Shown: positions 1-9,532, counted from the stretch's first letter. The stretch: 43,085 nucleotides of DNA from Planctomycetota bacterium (GCA_021777685.1 JAJYDH010000001.1:1-43085), one strand, 5' to 3'. A program made the numbers and translations. Notes: generated by a model from the letters alone, not told the origin.

Positions 1-413
1 GTGAGCTGCTGGAGGGCGCGGAGCTTCGACGGTCGCCAGGACTTGCTCTCGGAGGTGGTGGTGCTCTTGCCGGGCGACCCGTAGAAGAACGGATAGACCG
101 AGGCGGTGTCCCTGGCCGGGAGCCTCACGCCGTACAGGCCGCCGTCGTAATAGGTGTTGGTGTCGAGGATCTTACCGCGATTGCCGTAGCGGAACCCGTA
201 GAAATTGTCGCGATTGGGGTCTTGCGGGAGGTTGGTCTTGTACTTGTTGTAGAGTTCGAAGCGTTCGAGCAGGCCGCTACGCTTGTGGATGTCCGGCTCC
301 CGGGGCTCCGGGATCTGAGCCCGGGCGACGGAAGGGGCGCCGGCCTCGATCGCCGCGAGGACGGCCAGGCCGAGGACGGCCCGGCGGATGGTCATGTTCG
401 GTTCGCTTCTCAT
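1..413 (-). CDS. Secreted hypothetical protein (N-terminal part; runs off the window start)
   Basis: Manual translation: MRSEPNMTIRRAVLGLAVLAAIEAGAPSVARAQIPEPREPDIHKRSG..., open to position 1. Signal-peptide-like N-terminus (ARA|Q) and GGAGG RBS just upstream. Not in the ORF track. Confidence 0.75.
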   Translation of the reverse strand, partial: MRSEPNMTIRRAVLGLAVLAAIEAGAPSVARAQIPEPREPDIHKRSGLLERFELYNKYKTNLPQDPNRDNFYGFRYGNRGKILDTNTYYDGGLYGVRLPARDTASVYPFFYGSPGKSTTTSESKSWRPSKLRALQQL

Positions 414-545
414 CGGAATCCTCCGTATCGGAAGCAGGCAAGCCCCGGCCGACCCGAGGGGAGAGGCCGGGCCTCGATTCTTGAGAGTTGGAAGACGCCC
501 CGGCCCGGCCGACTCCTTGGCCCGGCCGGGGCGATCATGTTCGGA

Positions 546-1574
546 TCAGAACCCGTCCGGGGTGTAAGGGGGGAAGGCCAGGAAGTCGCGAGGGGAACGA
601 GTCGTGACGACGTAGGGCACATAGCCGGGGGTCAGGGGGACGGGACCGCCCGGGCCGACGAAGTACTTGATGTCGCCGGCATGCGGATGGAGCAGGCCGT
701 AGATCTTGCCCTTCATGTGCCCCGCCAGGCCGCCCAGGCAATTCTTGCACCCCCGGCCGCCGCAGAACCCGCAGCCGTTACCGTTACCGTTGCCGTTGCC
801 GTGGTGGCCGAAGAGCCGGCCGAGCCCGCCGCACATCCCGCAACCCTTGCCGCCGCAGCCGCCGCAGGGATCGCCGTGGCCGAACAGCCGGCCGAGCCCC
901 CCGCAGACGCCGCAGCCCTTGCCCCGGCAGGAACCGCAGGGGTCGCCGTTGTGGTGGAACCCCTTGCCAAGGCCGCAGCCGGGCTCGGTGCAGGCCTGGG
1001 GCGAGGCCGAGGCCGCAGCCGGAGCCTGGGGAGCGGCCACGACGACCCGGGCCGGGGCCGTTGACTGATCCGAGGCGAGGGCGTGGATCGGGTCGCCGGC
1101 TCCGCTCGAATGGCAGAGCCCGCAGCCCTTACCCTTGCAGAGGCCGCAATTCTTGATCCGCTTGCAATGGCCGTTGCCGCCGCAGGAGGGGTCGCCGCAG
1201 CCGTTGCCGAATCCGTGGCCCAAACCGAGACCGTGGCCCAGGCCGTGGCCGCAGCCCAGCCCCTTGCACCCGTCCTTGCCGCAGTGGTTGAACAGGCCGT
1301 GGCCGTGGCAGAAGCCGGGGCCCTTGCCGTGAAGGAGCCCGCAGATCCCGCAATGCTTGCCGGCGTAGCTGTCGAAGAGGCCGTCCTTCGCGTAATGGCC
1401 CCAGGGGATGGGGGGCGCGAAGTAGGGGCCGCCGGTGTTGAGGTCGCGGGCCAGGACCTCGCGGGGGATGGTGTCGTGGAACCCGTCGGCGGAGGCCGTC
1501 CGGCCGGTCGCCATCGCGGAGATCAGGGCAATCGCGAGCGTCACTCCTCGCCAATGACCGAAGCGCATCGTCAC
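546..1574 (-). CDS. Secreted Cys/Gly/His-rich protein with CxxCxGxG (DnaJ zinc-finger-like) repeats
   Basis: Signal peptide (…TASA|D), about 27 Cys, six CxxCxGxG motifs, AAGGGA before the start. Confidence 0.8.
   Translation of the reverse strand: MTMRFGHWRGVTLAIALISAMATGRTASADGFHDTIPREVLARDLNTGGPYFAPPIPWGHYAKDGLFDSYAGKHCGICGLLHGKGPGFCHGHGLFNHCGKDGCKGLGCGHGLGHGLGLGHGFGNGCGDPSCGGNGHCKRIKNCGLCKGKGCGLCHSSGAGDPIHALASDQSTAPARVVVAAPQAPAAASASPQACTEPGCGLGKGFHHNGDPCGSCRGKGCGVCGGLGRLFGHGDPCGGCGGKGCGMCGGLGRLFGHHGNGNGNGNGCGFCGGRGCKNCLGGLAGHMKGKIYGLLHPHAGDIKYFVGPGGPVPLTPGYVPYVVTTRSPRDFLAFPPYTPDGF
804..947. repeat. 72-bp imperfect tandem duplication inside the Cys-rich CDS (24-aa unit GDPCGxCxGKGCGxCGGLGRLFGH)
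   Basis: Units 804-875 and 876-947 align directly. Confidence 0.9.
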
Positions 1575-1800
1575 TCCCTTGTCGTCAGACGCTGGAATCC
1601 CTCCTGGAGTGTCGGTAATCGTGCGAGCGGTGACGAAACCCCGCGCCGTCCTACGCGCGTCGGGCCGCCATCATCGTCAGCCGGGCCGCGTCGAGCCCGC
1701 GCGGGGAGCCTTCCCTCGCGTCCCGGGCATCTTCGCCGATTGGCCTGGCTTCCGCATCTTACATCGGCCAATCCGCCGCGAGGCTGGAGTTAAACCGCGA

Positions 1801-1835
1801 CGACCCCGCCCCTCCGAGTTGGAGGGACGGGGTCG
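1801..1835 (-). terminator. GC-rich hairpin downstream of the 1883-2809 gene (possible terminator or processing stem)
   Basis: cgaccccgcccctcc-gagtt-ggagggacggggtcg inverted repeat; weak U-tract. Confidence 0.4.
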
Positions 1836-1882
1836 CCATGCGGACGGTCGGGTCGTTCGGCCACACTTGGGACGGGCGCCGA

Positions 1883-2809
1883 TCACCACCACCGCTTCTT
1901 GGCGAAGACCGCCGAGGCCGGCAGTTCCTCGACGGGGGCCGGGCCGGCGACATTGTTCTCGTAGGAGATCATCGCGTGAGCCTCGGCCTTCCGGCGGGCC
2001 TTCTCGTCGGCCCGCTCGCCGCCGAGGCCCGACCAGCCGAGGACATGGCCGATGATGTGAGGATGCGGGAAGCTGCCGCTTTTCTTCTGGTAGGGGTCGT
2101 GCCCCGCACCCGATTCGGCCACGGCCCGGCCGGGCTGCTGCGGGGCCATCGCCGCGTAGGACGCCGGCATCCCCGAGGGAGCCGCCGGGGAGTAGTTCGC
2201 CTGGACCACCCCGACCGGGGCCGGGTCGCCTTCGACCCCGTCGAACGGTGCCGGCGCCGAGGCCGAGGCCCGGCCCGGCCTCGAAGCGACATGGGCCGCC
2301 GACGGCGACGGGCCCTTCGAGGCGACCGCGCGGCCGGGGGCCTCGGCGACGGGGGCGGGGCCGCCCATCGTGATGAACTCGCCGGGCTGGCTCAGCGCGG
2401 CCTGGCAGGCGGTGCAGACGCCGTTCCTCGAATGGGCACAACCCACGATCTTCCCGGGGGGCTTCGCGTTCATCGAGGCCCTGGCCTGGGCCTCCTTGGC
2501 GGCACACCTGGCGCAAAGGGTCCGGCCGTTGTGGACGTGGAAGGCGGGCTGGGGGGCCGCCGGCTTCGCGGCGACCGGCGGATCGACCGGCTGAGGGACG
2601 GCCGCCCGAGCCAGCGCCGAGGCCGGGGCCGGGTCCGAAGGGGTCGGCGTCGGCTTGCCGTCGAATCCGGGCGGGGTCGGGTCGGCGGCGAGGGCCGCGG
2701 CCTGGTAGCCGGCGGGGGCCGACGAGGAGACGTCCTGGGCGCCGACGCCCGTCGGGGCGATCAAGGCGAGGCCGAGCAGGCCGAGGCTGGTCCGAGCGAG
2801 GCAACGCAT
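1883..2809 (-). CDS. Secreted Pro/Ala-rich hypothetical protein with small Cys/His clusters
   Basis: Start moved to MRCLARTSLGLLGLALIAPTGVGA|Q with AAGGAG RBS. Contains HxH-x5-CARC and C-x7-CTAC motifs. Confidence 0.75.
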   Translation of the reverse strand: MRCLARTSLGLLGLALIAPTGVGAQDVSSSAPAGYQAAALAADPTPPGFDGKPTPTPSDPAPASALARAAVPQPVDPPVAAKPAAPQPAFHVHNGRTLCARCAAKEAQARASMNAKPPGKIVGCAHSRNGVCTACQAALSQPGEFITMGGPAPVAEAPGRAVASKGPSPSAAHVASRPGRASASAPAPFDGVEGDPAPVGVVQANYSPAAPSGMPASYAAMAPQQPGRAVAESGAGHDPYQKKSGSFPHPHIIGHVLGWSGLGGERADEKARRKAEAHAMISYENNVAGPAPVEELPASAVFAKKRWW

Positions 2810-3183
2810 CTCTGGGAACTCCTTTCCCGAATCCGTCCCGCGATCCCGGGCGTCGCGGCCCGAGATCGGGCCCCTCGACGAGCGGGCCCGAGGGCCGGAC
2901 ATCCTTCCCGGGACCGTCTTCCAGGTCCCCCCCGCCCCGCCCACCACCTGCGGCCGGGCGCGAACCGGGGCCGTCCGTCTCGACATCCGAGAGCCGGCGT
3001 CTTATTCCCTGGATCGACCGATCGGGCCCTCATCTTGCGGAAAAACGGCCCAGCCGCCACTTCCATACCGGACCGGCACGACCGGCACCGTCGGGATCGA
3101 TCTGGCGTGATCGATCGAGGTCCGGCAAACTCGTCGATCGGCCGGATGATGCCATGATTTCGAAAGATGAGGACGCCCGACGG

Positions 3184-3666
3184 ATGAACCTCTACCTCGC
3201 CGGACCCCTCTTCACCCAGGCCGAGAGGGTCTGGGGCCTCCGCCTGGCGGAACGGCTCACGCTCGCCGGCCATTCGGTCTTCCTGCCCCAGGAGGAGGTC
3301 AAGGCGATCGCGACCCTCGACGCCGAGACGATCTTCCGCCTCGACGTCGACGGGGTCCGGTCGGCCGACGCGGTCGTCGCGGTCCTCGACGGCGCCGACC
3401 CCGACAGCGGGACGAGCTTCGAATGCGGCCTGGCGTTCGCGCTGGGCTTGCCGATCGTCCTGGTCCGGACCGACTTCCGCGCCGGCGGCGACGCCCTGCC
3501 CGGCCAGAACCTGGCGACCGTGAACCTGATGCTCTCCCAGGCCGCCACCGCCGTGGTCGCGCGGACCGACCCGCGCGAGGGGCTGGAGGAACTGGCGTCG
3601 GACCTGATCCGGGCCCTGGAATCGCTGCCGGTCTCGATGCCGCCGGTGGAGCGATCCCGGCCCTGA
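3184..3666 (+). CDS. Nucleoside 2-deoxyribosyltransferase family protein (NDT/RCL-like N-glycosidase)
   Basis: YLAGPLF, D..ADAVVAVLDG.DPDSGT.FECG and NLML motifs; GAGG RBS before ATG 3184. Confidence 0.9.
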   Translation: MNLYLAGPLFTQAERVWGLRLAERLTLAGHSVFLPQEEVKAIATLDAETIFRLDVDGVRSADAVVAVLDGADPDSGTSFECGLAFALGLPIVLVRTDFRAGGDALPGQNLATVNLMLSQAATAVVARTDPREGLEELASDLIRALESLPVSMPPVERSRP

Positions 3667-3713
3667 ACCGGCAGGACTCCCGCCATTCTCGCCCTCCTTC
3701 CCAAATTCCTCGC

Positions 3714-3741
3714 TTGACTCCCCCGTCTCGACCGATAACCT
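3714..3741 (+). promoter_or_regulatory. Putative sigma70 promoter for the glycosyltransferase
   Basis: TTGACT-N16-TAACCT about 50 bp upstream of the GTG start. Confidence 0.5.
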
Positions 3742-3792
3742 GGCGAAAATCCGCGATCGTCACGCCTCGGATCGGCCAGGGAGGGCCCACCC

Positions 3793-5250
3793 GTGAAATT
3801 CACCGCCATCCTCGATCGCCATCGGCTGGCCCTGCTCGCGTGCCTCGCGCTCGCGGCCATCCTGCGGTTCGTCAACCTGGATGAGGCCGTCACCTGGGAG
3901 GATGAGGCCGTCGCCTTCCACACGGTCCAGTCGGGCACGTCTGTCGAGATCATCCGGGAGATGGTCGCCACCGACGCGACCCGGGCGCCGCTTCATCCCC
4001 TGCTCCTCCACGGCTGGCTCGGCCTGTTCGGGACGTCCCTGCTCGCCGGCCGGACGCTGAGCGCCGCGTGCGGGCTCGCGGCGGTGGGCCTGGTCTACAT
4101 CCTGGGACGGCAGGCGTTCGACCGCTCGACGGCGCTGCTGGCCTGCGGGCTCGCGGCGGTCAACCCGCTGGACGTCCACCATTCGCGCGAGATCCGGATG
4201 TACGAGTGTGTGGTGCTCGTCACCTGCGCCTGCTGGGCGTTGCTCTTCTCGTTTCGACGGTCGGCGGGCGTCGGCCGGCAGGTCGCCTATATGTTGGCGA
4301 TGACGGCACTCGTCTACCTCCATCCCCTCGGCGGGCTGATGGTGATCGCCCTGGCGGTCGGCTATCTGGCGATGCGACCGGGGATGCAACTGGGCTGGAA
4401 ATCCTGGATGGGCACCCAGATCGGCCTGGCCGCGATGCTGGCGCCCTGGGCCTATCGATACCTCGACCACGGCCCTCAGGAGTTCCCCCGGGCCATCACT
4501 GCCCGGCTCGTCCTGGAATGGCCCGAGGGGTTCACCGGCGGCAACGCCGAGGCCGCATGGGCCGGCGCGGCGCTCGTGATCGCCGGGATCGTGGCGAGCC
4601 GACGAAAAGGCGAAGCCATCGGGACGACCGGAAGGGCCCCGATCGATCGAACCTCGGCAGCGTTGATCGCCTGGTTCCTCGTGCCTCCGGCACTCCTCCT
4701 GACATACAGCCTGACCCGCCATCCGATCTTCGGCGAGCGTCGCTATCTCCTCTATGTTGGCCCGGCTTATCTGATCCTCGCGGCTCGAGGCCTCGCCGCG
4801 CTGCCGACTCGGCCAAGGGTCGCTGTGCTGTTGGCCTTCTTCTACTTCAACGTCCAGGCCCTGGACCGGCGGGTCTACCACATCTGCCGGCCGGACCTCC
4901 GCACGGCCGCTCGGATCGCCGAGGCGGACGACCCCTCGGCGCCGATCGTGGTCGTCGACAACAACCGCAACGGCCTCTACAAGTGCATGCTCCCTTACAA
5001 GAACCCGTCCCTGCCCGCCCAGGTCTTCCCAGTCCGACGGGTCCTCGAAGCGATGGAGAAGCTCCACGCCCCGCCCGCCCCGGTCGTCTGGTTCGCGATC
5101 GAACGACCCAAGGGGATGCCGTGGAAGCCGATCCCCGAGCGCCTCTCGCGACTTTACGTCACCGAGCGGACGATCGAACTTCCTTACCTAACGCTGACTT
5201 ACAATCGGCTGGCCGGCTCCGCGACGGCCGCGAGTCCGGTTCGGCGATGA
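3793..5250 (+). CDS. GT-C fold glycosyltransferase (GT39 / PMT_2 / ArnT-like)
   Basis: W-E-D-E acidic motif after TM1, PLHP, R.LS, SRE.RMY and ERRY motifs; multiple TM segments. Confidence 0.85.
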   Translation: MKFTAILDRHRLALLACLALAAILRFVNLDEAVTWEDEAVAFHTVQSGTSVEIIREMVATDATRAPLHPLLLHGWLGLFGTSLLAGRTLSAACGLAAVGLVYILGRQAFDRSTALLACGLAAVNPLDVHHSREIRMYECVVLVTCACWALLFSFRRSAGVGRQVAYMLAMTALVYLHPLGGLMVIALAVGYLAMRPGMQLGWKSWMGTQIGLAAMLAPWAYRYLDHGPQEFPRAITARLVLEWPEGFTGGNAEAAWAGAALVIAGIVASRRKGEAIGTTGRAPIDRTSAALIAWFLVPPALLLTYSLTRHPIFGERRYLLYVGPAYLILAARGLAALPTRPRVAVLLAFFYFNVQALDRRVYHICRPDLRTAARIAEADDPSAPIVVVDNNRNGLYKCMLPYKNPSLPAQVFPVRRVLEAMEKLHAPPAPVVWFAIERPKGMPWKPIPERLSRLYVTERTIELPYLTLTYNRLAGSATAASPVRR

Positions 5251-5260
5251 TGAGAGTCGT

Positions 5261-5899
5261 TCAACGGGGCGGCTTCATGCCGGCCTTGACCCGGGGCGGG
5301 ACGGGTTCTCGGGAGAAGACCGCCTTGAAGTTCAGGCGAATGTCGTGCGGGAGGTTCCGGGCGACGTAGCGGGCCAGGATGACCTCCTTGCCCTCGACGA
5401 CCGGGTTGGTCGGCTCGACCAGGGGCGACTCGACCGTGATGATCCCCGTCGGGTGGTGGAACCAGAGCTCGGGCTCGAAATCCGCCGACGACTCCTCCTC
5501 GCCCGAGAAGCAGCGGATCATGACCCGGCCGTTCTCGTGTCCCGGCCAGGGGCGTTTGAAAGAGACCGTAAGCCTGCCATCCCCCTCGGCCTTGAACAGG
5601 ACGTCGTTGATGGAGAGGGGTATGGTGGTCTTCGAGTCCGACGCCCCCTCGATCTCCATCGTCACTCGGACGCTCCCCCGCGCCCCCTCGAAGGTATAGA
5701 CCGACGAGGGGACCTCGTCCTCGGCCGAGAAGACGCGCGTCGGAGCCTCACCCCGGTGAATGGCGAGCGGGACCGAGGGCCGAGGGGGTGGAGGAGAAGG
5801 CTGCTTGGCCCCGCAACCGGCAAGGAACAAAGCACACCACGCGGCCTGCGAGGAGGGCCAGAGTAGAGCCTGCTTCGAGATTCCCATTCCGCGATTCAA
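5261..5899 (-). CDS. Hypothetical lipoprotein
   Basis: LAGC lipobox followed by a Pro-rich linker; TTG start with GAGGG RBS (alternative ATG at 5887). Confidence 0.65.
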   Translation of the reverse strand: MNRGMGISKQALLWPSSQAAWCALFLAGCGAKQPSPPPPRPSVPLAIHRGEAPTRVFSAEDEVPSSVYTFEGARGSVRVTMEIEGASDSKTTIPLSINDVLFKAEGDGRLTVSFKRPWPGHENGRVMIRCFSGEEESSADFEPELWFHHPTGIITVESPLVEPTNPVVEGKEVILARYVARNLPHDIRLNFKAVFSREPVPPRVKAGMKPPR

Positions 5900-5994
5900 G
5901 GCGATCCCTCGCGTCCGGCCCCTGGACGGTGACAGCCCGGTAGGGGCCTCGAAGGCATCTTAGTCGAGGGGGTTGATGCGCTCAACCGTGCCGC

Positions 5995-7287
5995 TCAGGC
6001 GAATAGCTCCTTCACCGCCGTCCCGCCGTCGACGATCTTGAGCGGGCGGCCCTGGGGGCTGATGTTTTCCTTCTTTGGGTCGATCTGGAGCGACTTGCAG
6101 AAGCTGGCCATGAGGTCGGCGACGGCGACGGGCCGGTCCTTGACTCCGTTCCCGTCCGGGCTGGAAGAGCCGATGACCTGCCCCCCCTTGATCCCGCCGC
6201 CGGCCAGGGCGACGCTGAAGACGCGCGGGAAGTGGTCGCGGCCGGCGCCGGGGTTGATCTTGGGCGTCCGGCCGAACTCGCCCATCCAGACGACCAGCGT
6301 CCGGTCGAGCATCCCTCTTTGTCTGAGGTCGGCCACGAGCGCGGCGAAGCCGGGGTCGCACGAGGCGGCGTTCCTGGCGACGTTGTCGTTGACGTTCGCG
6401 TGGTTGTCCCACCCGCCCATCCGGACCTCGACGAACGTCACGCCCGCCTGGACCAGCCGCCGGGCGAGCAGGCAGCCGTGGCCGAACGGGGTCTCGCCGT
6501 AGGAGGCGCGGGTCTTGGGGTCCTCGGCGTCGACCTCGAACGCCTTCATGTGCGGGGAGAGGACCATGTTGGCCGTCTGCTTGTAGATGTCGTGGTGCTC
6601 GCGGACCCGGTCGATCCCCCCGGAGTTGCCGAAGCCGCCGACCTCCAGCGAGTGCATCAGGTTGAGCCGGCGGACGAACCGGCCGGTGGGGACGCCCAGC
6701 TCGGTGTTGAGCGGCGGCTTCATCGGGTCGGGCACCCGGAACGGCTCGTACTTGACGCCGAGCAGGCCCGCGCCGATGGTCTCGTCCCGGCCGATGCAGA
6801 CGATGTGCGGCAGGTCGAACTTGGGGTCGCCCAGCTCCTGCGCGGCGACGCAGCCGAAGCTGGGATGCTTGACGGTGCCCGACGGGGCGTAGCCGGTGTG
6901 GAGCTGGTAGGAGGCCCGCTGGTGGTTGCCTTCCTTGTTGTTCATCGACCGGATCAGGGCGACGTCCTTCATCACCCCGGCGACGCGCGGCCAGTGATGG
7001 GCGACCTGGATGCCCGGCACGGCGGTCGCGATCGCCTTGGTCTCGCCGCCGGTCTCGGTGCCCGGTTTCGGGTCCCAGGTGTCGAGCTGGCTCGGGCCTC
7101 CGCCCATCCAGAGGAGGATGCAGGCCATCTGACGCTTCCGCAGCTCCTCGGCCTGGACCGCCATCAGGTCGGTGAAGCTCAGGCCGGCCAGCCCCGCCGC
7201 CCCCAGGCCGATCCCCCGGAGGAACGACCTTCGGCCGACCACACCCCGGCCGTTCACCGCCACCTTCAGGATGCTCGACTCGAACAT
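5995..7287 (-). CDS. DUF1501 domain protein (Tat-exported, alkaline-phosphatase/sulfatase-like fold)
   Basis: RRSFL Tat motif; GGPSQLDTWDPKP, GWDNH, GEFGRTP and GRDH signatures. Confidence 0.92.
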   Translation of the reverse strand: MFESSILKVAVNGRGVVGRRSFLRGIGLGAAGLAGLSFTDLMAVQAEELRKRQMACILLWMGGGPSQLDTWDPKPGTETGGETKAIATAVPGIQVAHHWPRVAGVMKDVALIRSMNNKEGNHQRASYQLHTGYAPSGTVKHPSFGCVAAQELGDPKFDLPHIVCIGRDETIGAGLLGVKYEPFRVPDPMKPPLNTELGVPTGRFVRRLNLMHSLEVGGFGNSGGIDRVREHHDIYKQTANMVLSPHMKAFEVDAEDPKTRASYGETPFGHGCLLARRLVQAGVTFVEVRMGGWDNHANVNDNVARNAASCDPGFAALVADLRQRGMLDRTLVVWMGEFGRTPKINPGAGRDHFPRVFSVALAGGGIKGGQVIGSSSPDGNGVKDRPVAVADLMASFCKSLQIDPKKENISPQGRPLKIVDGGTAVKELFA

Positions 7288-7348
7288 GGAAGTTGCCCCG
7301 GTCGCGGAGAGATGGAGGTCGGAACCGGAAACGATCGGCCGTCGACGA

Positions 7349-9106
7349 TCAACGACGGCAGAGGAACTCGGTGGAGTTGATCAGGGCCCAGAGGATGTCC
7401 TCGAACGCCTCCGCGCGGTCGCCGACGGCATTCAGGTGGTTCGAGCAGGCGCGGACCTCCCGATCGGTCGGCCGGCGGCCCAGGGCCCGGAGGTAGATGA
7501 TCTCCAGGACCGACCGGTTGTCCGGATGCGTCATCAGGAGGAATCCGAGCATCGAGTTCGGCCGGGCCTGGATTTCTTTCGTGACCAGCGGGCTGTTCAT
7601 CAGGAAGAGGGCCTGCGGGATCGTCCCCAGGACGTCATCGTTGGGCGTGGAGGGGTCGAAGCCGAACGTCCGGGCGAACGGCTCGTTCATCTTCCGATCC
7701 TGCGGCCCGGCGGGGGCGGCGGCCTTCTTCCTGGCCGGCATCGCTCCGAGCTTGTCGCGCTCGCGGTTGAGGTCGAGGGCGTGGGTCAGGGCGTCGTAGA
7801 CCTGGTCGGCCCGGAGCCGGCTCGGGACGTTCGACGCGAACGGGGTCCGACCGGCCGCCGTGTTGGTCGAGCGCGAGGCCCGCTGGTACGCCTCGGTGTT
7901 CAGGATCGTCCGGAACAGCCATCGGATGTCATACCCGCTGGCGACCCACTGGTCGGCGACGAGGTCGAGGATCTCGGGCGAGTTGGGCGTCCGGGTCGGC
8001 CCGAGGTCGTCGACCGGGTTATAGAACCCTTCCCCCATCAGGCTGTACCAGACCCGGTTGATGAACGCCCGGGCGAACCAGGGGTTCTCGGGATCGGTGA
8101 CGTACCGGGCGGCGAGGACCAGCCGCTGATCGGCCCGGACCTGCTCGCTGACGAGCGGGGCCTCGCCGAGGAAGAACCGGGGAGAGACCGGGATCTTCTT
8201 CTCGGGGTTCTTCAGGTCGGGCATCGAGTAGTGGACCTGCCCGGACGCGCCGACCATGAAGACCGGCGGCTGGCCCTTGGCCTGCTTCTGGACCCGCCTC
8301 GACTTCGCCCCGGCGAAGAACGCGGCGAACTCGTGGAATTGCTGGCGCTTCCAGGGGTCGCTGGGATGGTCGTGGCACTGGGCGCACTGGATCTGGATGC
8401 CGAGGAAGACCCGAGAGACCTCGCCGGCCATCTCGACAGGCGATCCTTCCTCGGCCACGGTGAAGACGGTCGCCCCGTTCTCGTCATTCCGGCCGGTCGC
8501 GGTGATGATCTCGGTGGCGATCTCGTCCCAGGGCTTGTTGGCGTCGAGCTGCTCGGCCAGCCACTTCTCGAAGAGCGGGTAGTTGACCTGGCGGTCGTTC
8601 TCGTTGGGCGAGCGATACGAGACGACGTCTCGCCAGTAGCGGGCCCAGTTCTGGCCGTAGTCGGGATGTTTGAGCAGGTCGTCGATCAGGGCCGCCCGCT
8701 TGTTCCTCATCCTCGACGCGACGAACTCGCGGATGGCGGGAGGCTCGGGCAGCCGGCCGATGACGTCCAGGTAGACCCGGCGGATGAACTGCTCGTCGTT
8801 GGTCGGCTCGGAGACGTCGGTCTTGGTCGCGGCCAGCCCCTTGAGGATCAGGGCGTCGACCTGCGCCGGCTGGAGCGTCGCCGATCCGCGGGGCCTCGCG
8901 GGGGGCCTGGGCTTCCGGGTCGCACCGTCGACGTCGTCATTCTCCTCGGTCCTCACCACTTCGGGCAGCTTCGCCTCGGCGCGTCGGGCCGCCTTCTTGG
9001 CCTTGGCGGGGTCGGCCGCGATCGAGACGCCAACCACCGAGAACATCACGATCAGCGCCGCGAAGGCCCTCGGCCAGGCCGAGCACGCTCCCCGATGATT
9101 CGCCAT
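7349..9106 (-). CDS. DUF1549/DUF1553 (PSCyt2/PSD1) planctomycete protein with a CxxCH heme-c motif
   Basis: FIRRVYLDVIGRLP, FLGIQIQCAQCHDHP, NPWFARAFINRVW, IPQALFLMN and EDILWALINS motifs; start MANHRG with AAAGGA RBS and signal peptide. Confidence 0.92.
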   Translation of the reverse strand: MANHRGACSAWPRAFAALIVMFSVVGVSIAADPAKAKKAARRAEAKLPEVVRTEENDDVDGATRKPRPPARPRGSATLQPAQVDALILKGLAATKTDVSEPTNDEQFIRRVYLDVIGRLPEPPAIREFVASRMRNKRAALIDDLLKHPDYGQNWARYWRDVVSYRSPNENDRQVNYPLFEKWLAEQLDANKPWDEIATEIITATGRNDENGATVFTVAEEGSPVEMAGEVSRVFLGIQIQCAQCHDHPSDPWKRQQFHEFAAFFAGAKSRRVQKQAKGQPPVFMVGASGQVHYSMPDLKNPEKKIPVSPRFFLGEAPLVSEQVRADQRLVLAARYVTDPENPWFARAFINRVWYSLMGEGFYNPVDDLGPTRTPNSPEILDLVADQWVASGYDIRWLFRTILNTEAYQRASRSTNTAAGRTPFASNVPSRLRADQVYDALTHALDLNRERDKLGAMPARKKAAAPAGPQDRKMNEPFARTFGFDPSTPNDDVLGTIPQALFLMNSPLVTKEIQARPNSMLGFLLMTHPDNRSVLEIIYLRALGRRPTDREVRACSNHLNAVGDRAEAFEDILWALINSTEFLCRR

Positions 9107-9467
9107 GGCCCTGACGGTCCTTTCGCCGCGATCGGGCGGCGGAGCCATCGGGTTCGTCCCGAAGCCCCGACGGCCCGCTAGATCGATGATAGAACTAACC
9201 CCGGACGAAGCAAAGAAGTTTCGCCCAGCCTCGCCCGGACCTCGCTTTTCCGGCCGTCGGGATCGAATCCGCTCCGCGACGGGTCGAATACCCACCCATC
9301 GTGCCCGGCGGCCCGCCGCCCGGCCGTCGAGCAACCGCCGGATAGCGACGGGACGCACCTGCGAGGCTGCCTCTCGATTTCGTGGACGGACGACGCTCGC
9401 ATCCCCGAGTCGGGCAACGGAGCCGTCGAATTCTTCGAAAGGAAACCTCAAAAGCACTGTACGGGCG

Positions 9468-9497
9468 TTGACAGAAAGCCGATCTCCTGTGTGTACT
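9468..9497 (+). promoter_or_regulatory. Possible sigma70 promoter for the VOC gene
   Basis: Perfect TTGACA at 9468-9473; weak -10 candidate TGTACT after 18 bp. Confidence 0.4.
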
Positions 9498-9512
9498 CGC
9501 CGAAGGCGTCCA

Positions 9513-9532
9513 ACCTGTTCTGGCGAACAGGT
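9513..9532. promoter_or_regulatory. Perfect palindrome ACCTGTTC-N4-GAACAGGT (operator or 5'-UTR hairpin)
   Basis: Lies between the promoter and the VOC start; the stem extends with aggcgt/acgcct flanks. Confidence 0.55.

Noticed and set aside
1110-1124. CGLCH as a cytochrome c motif in the Cys-rich protein
   Set aside because: Single occurrence within CxxCxGxG repeats in a His-rich sequence; likely incidental, though not excluded.
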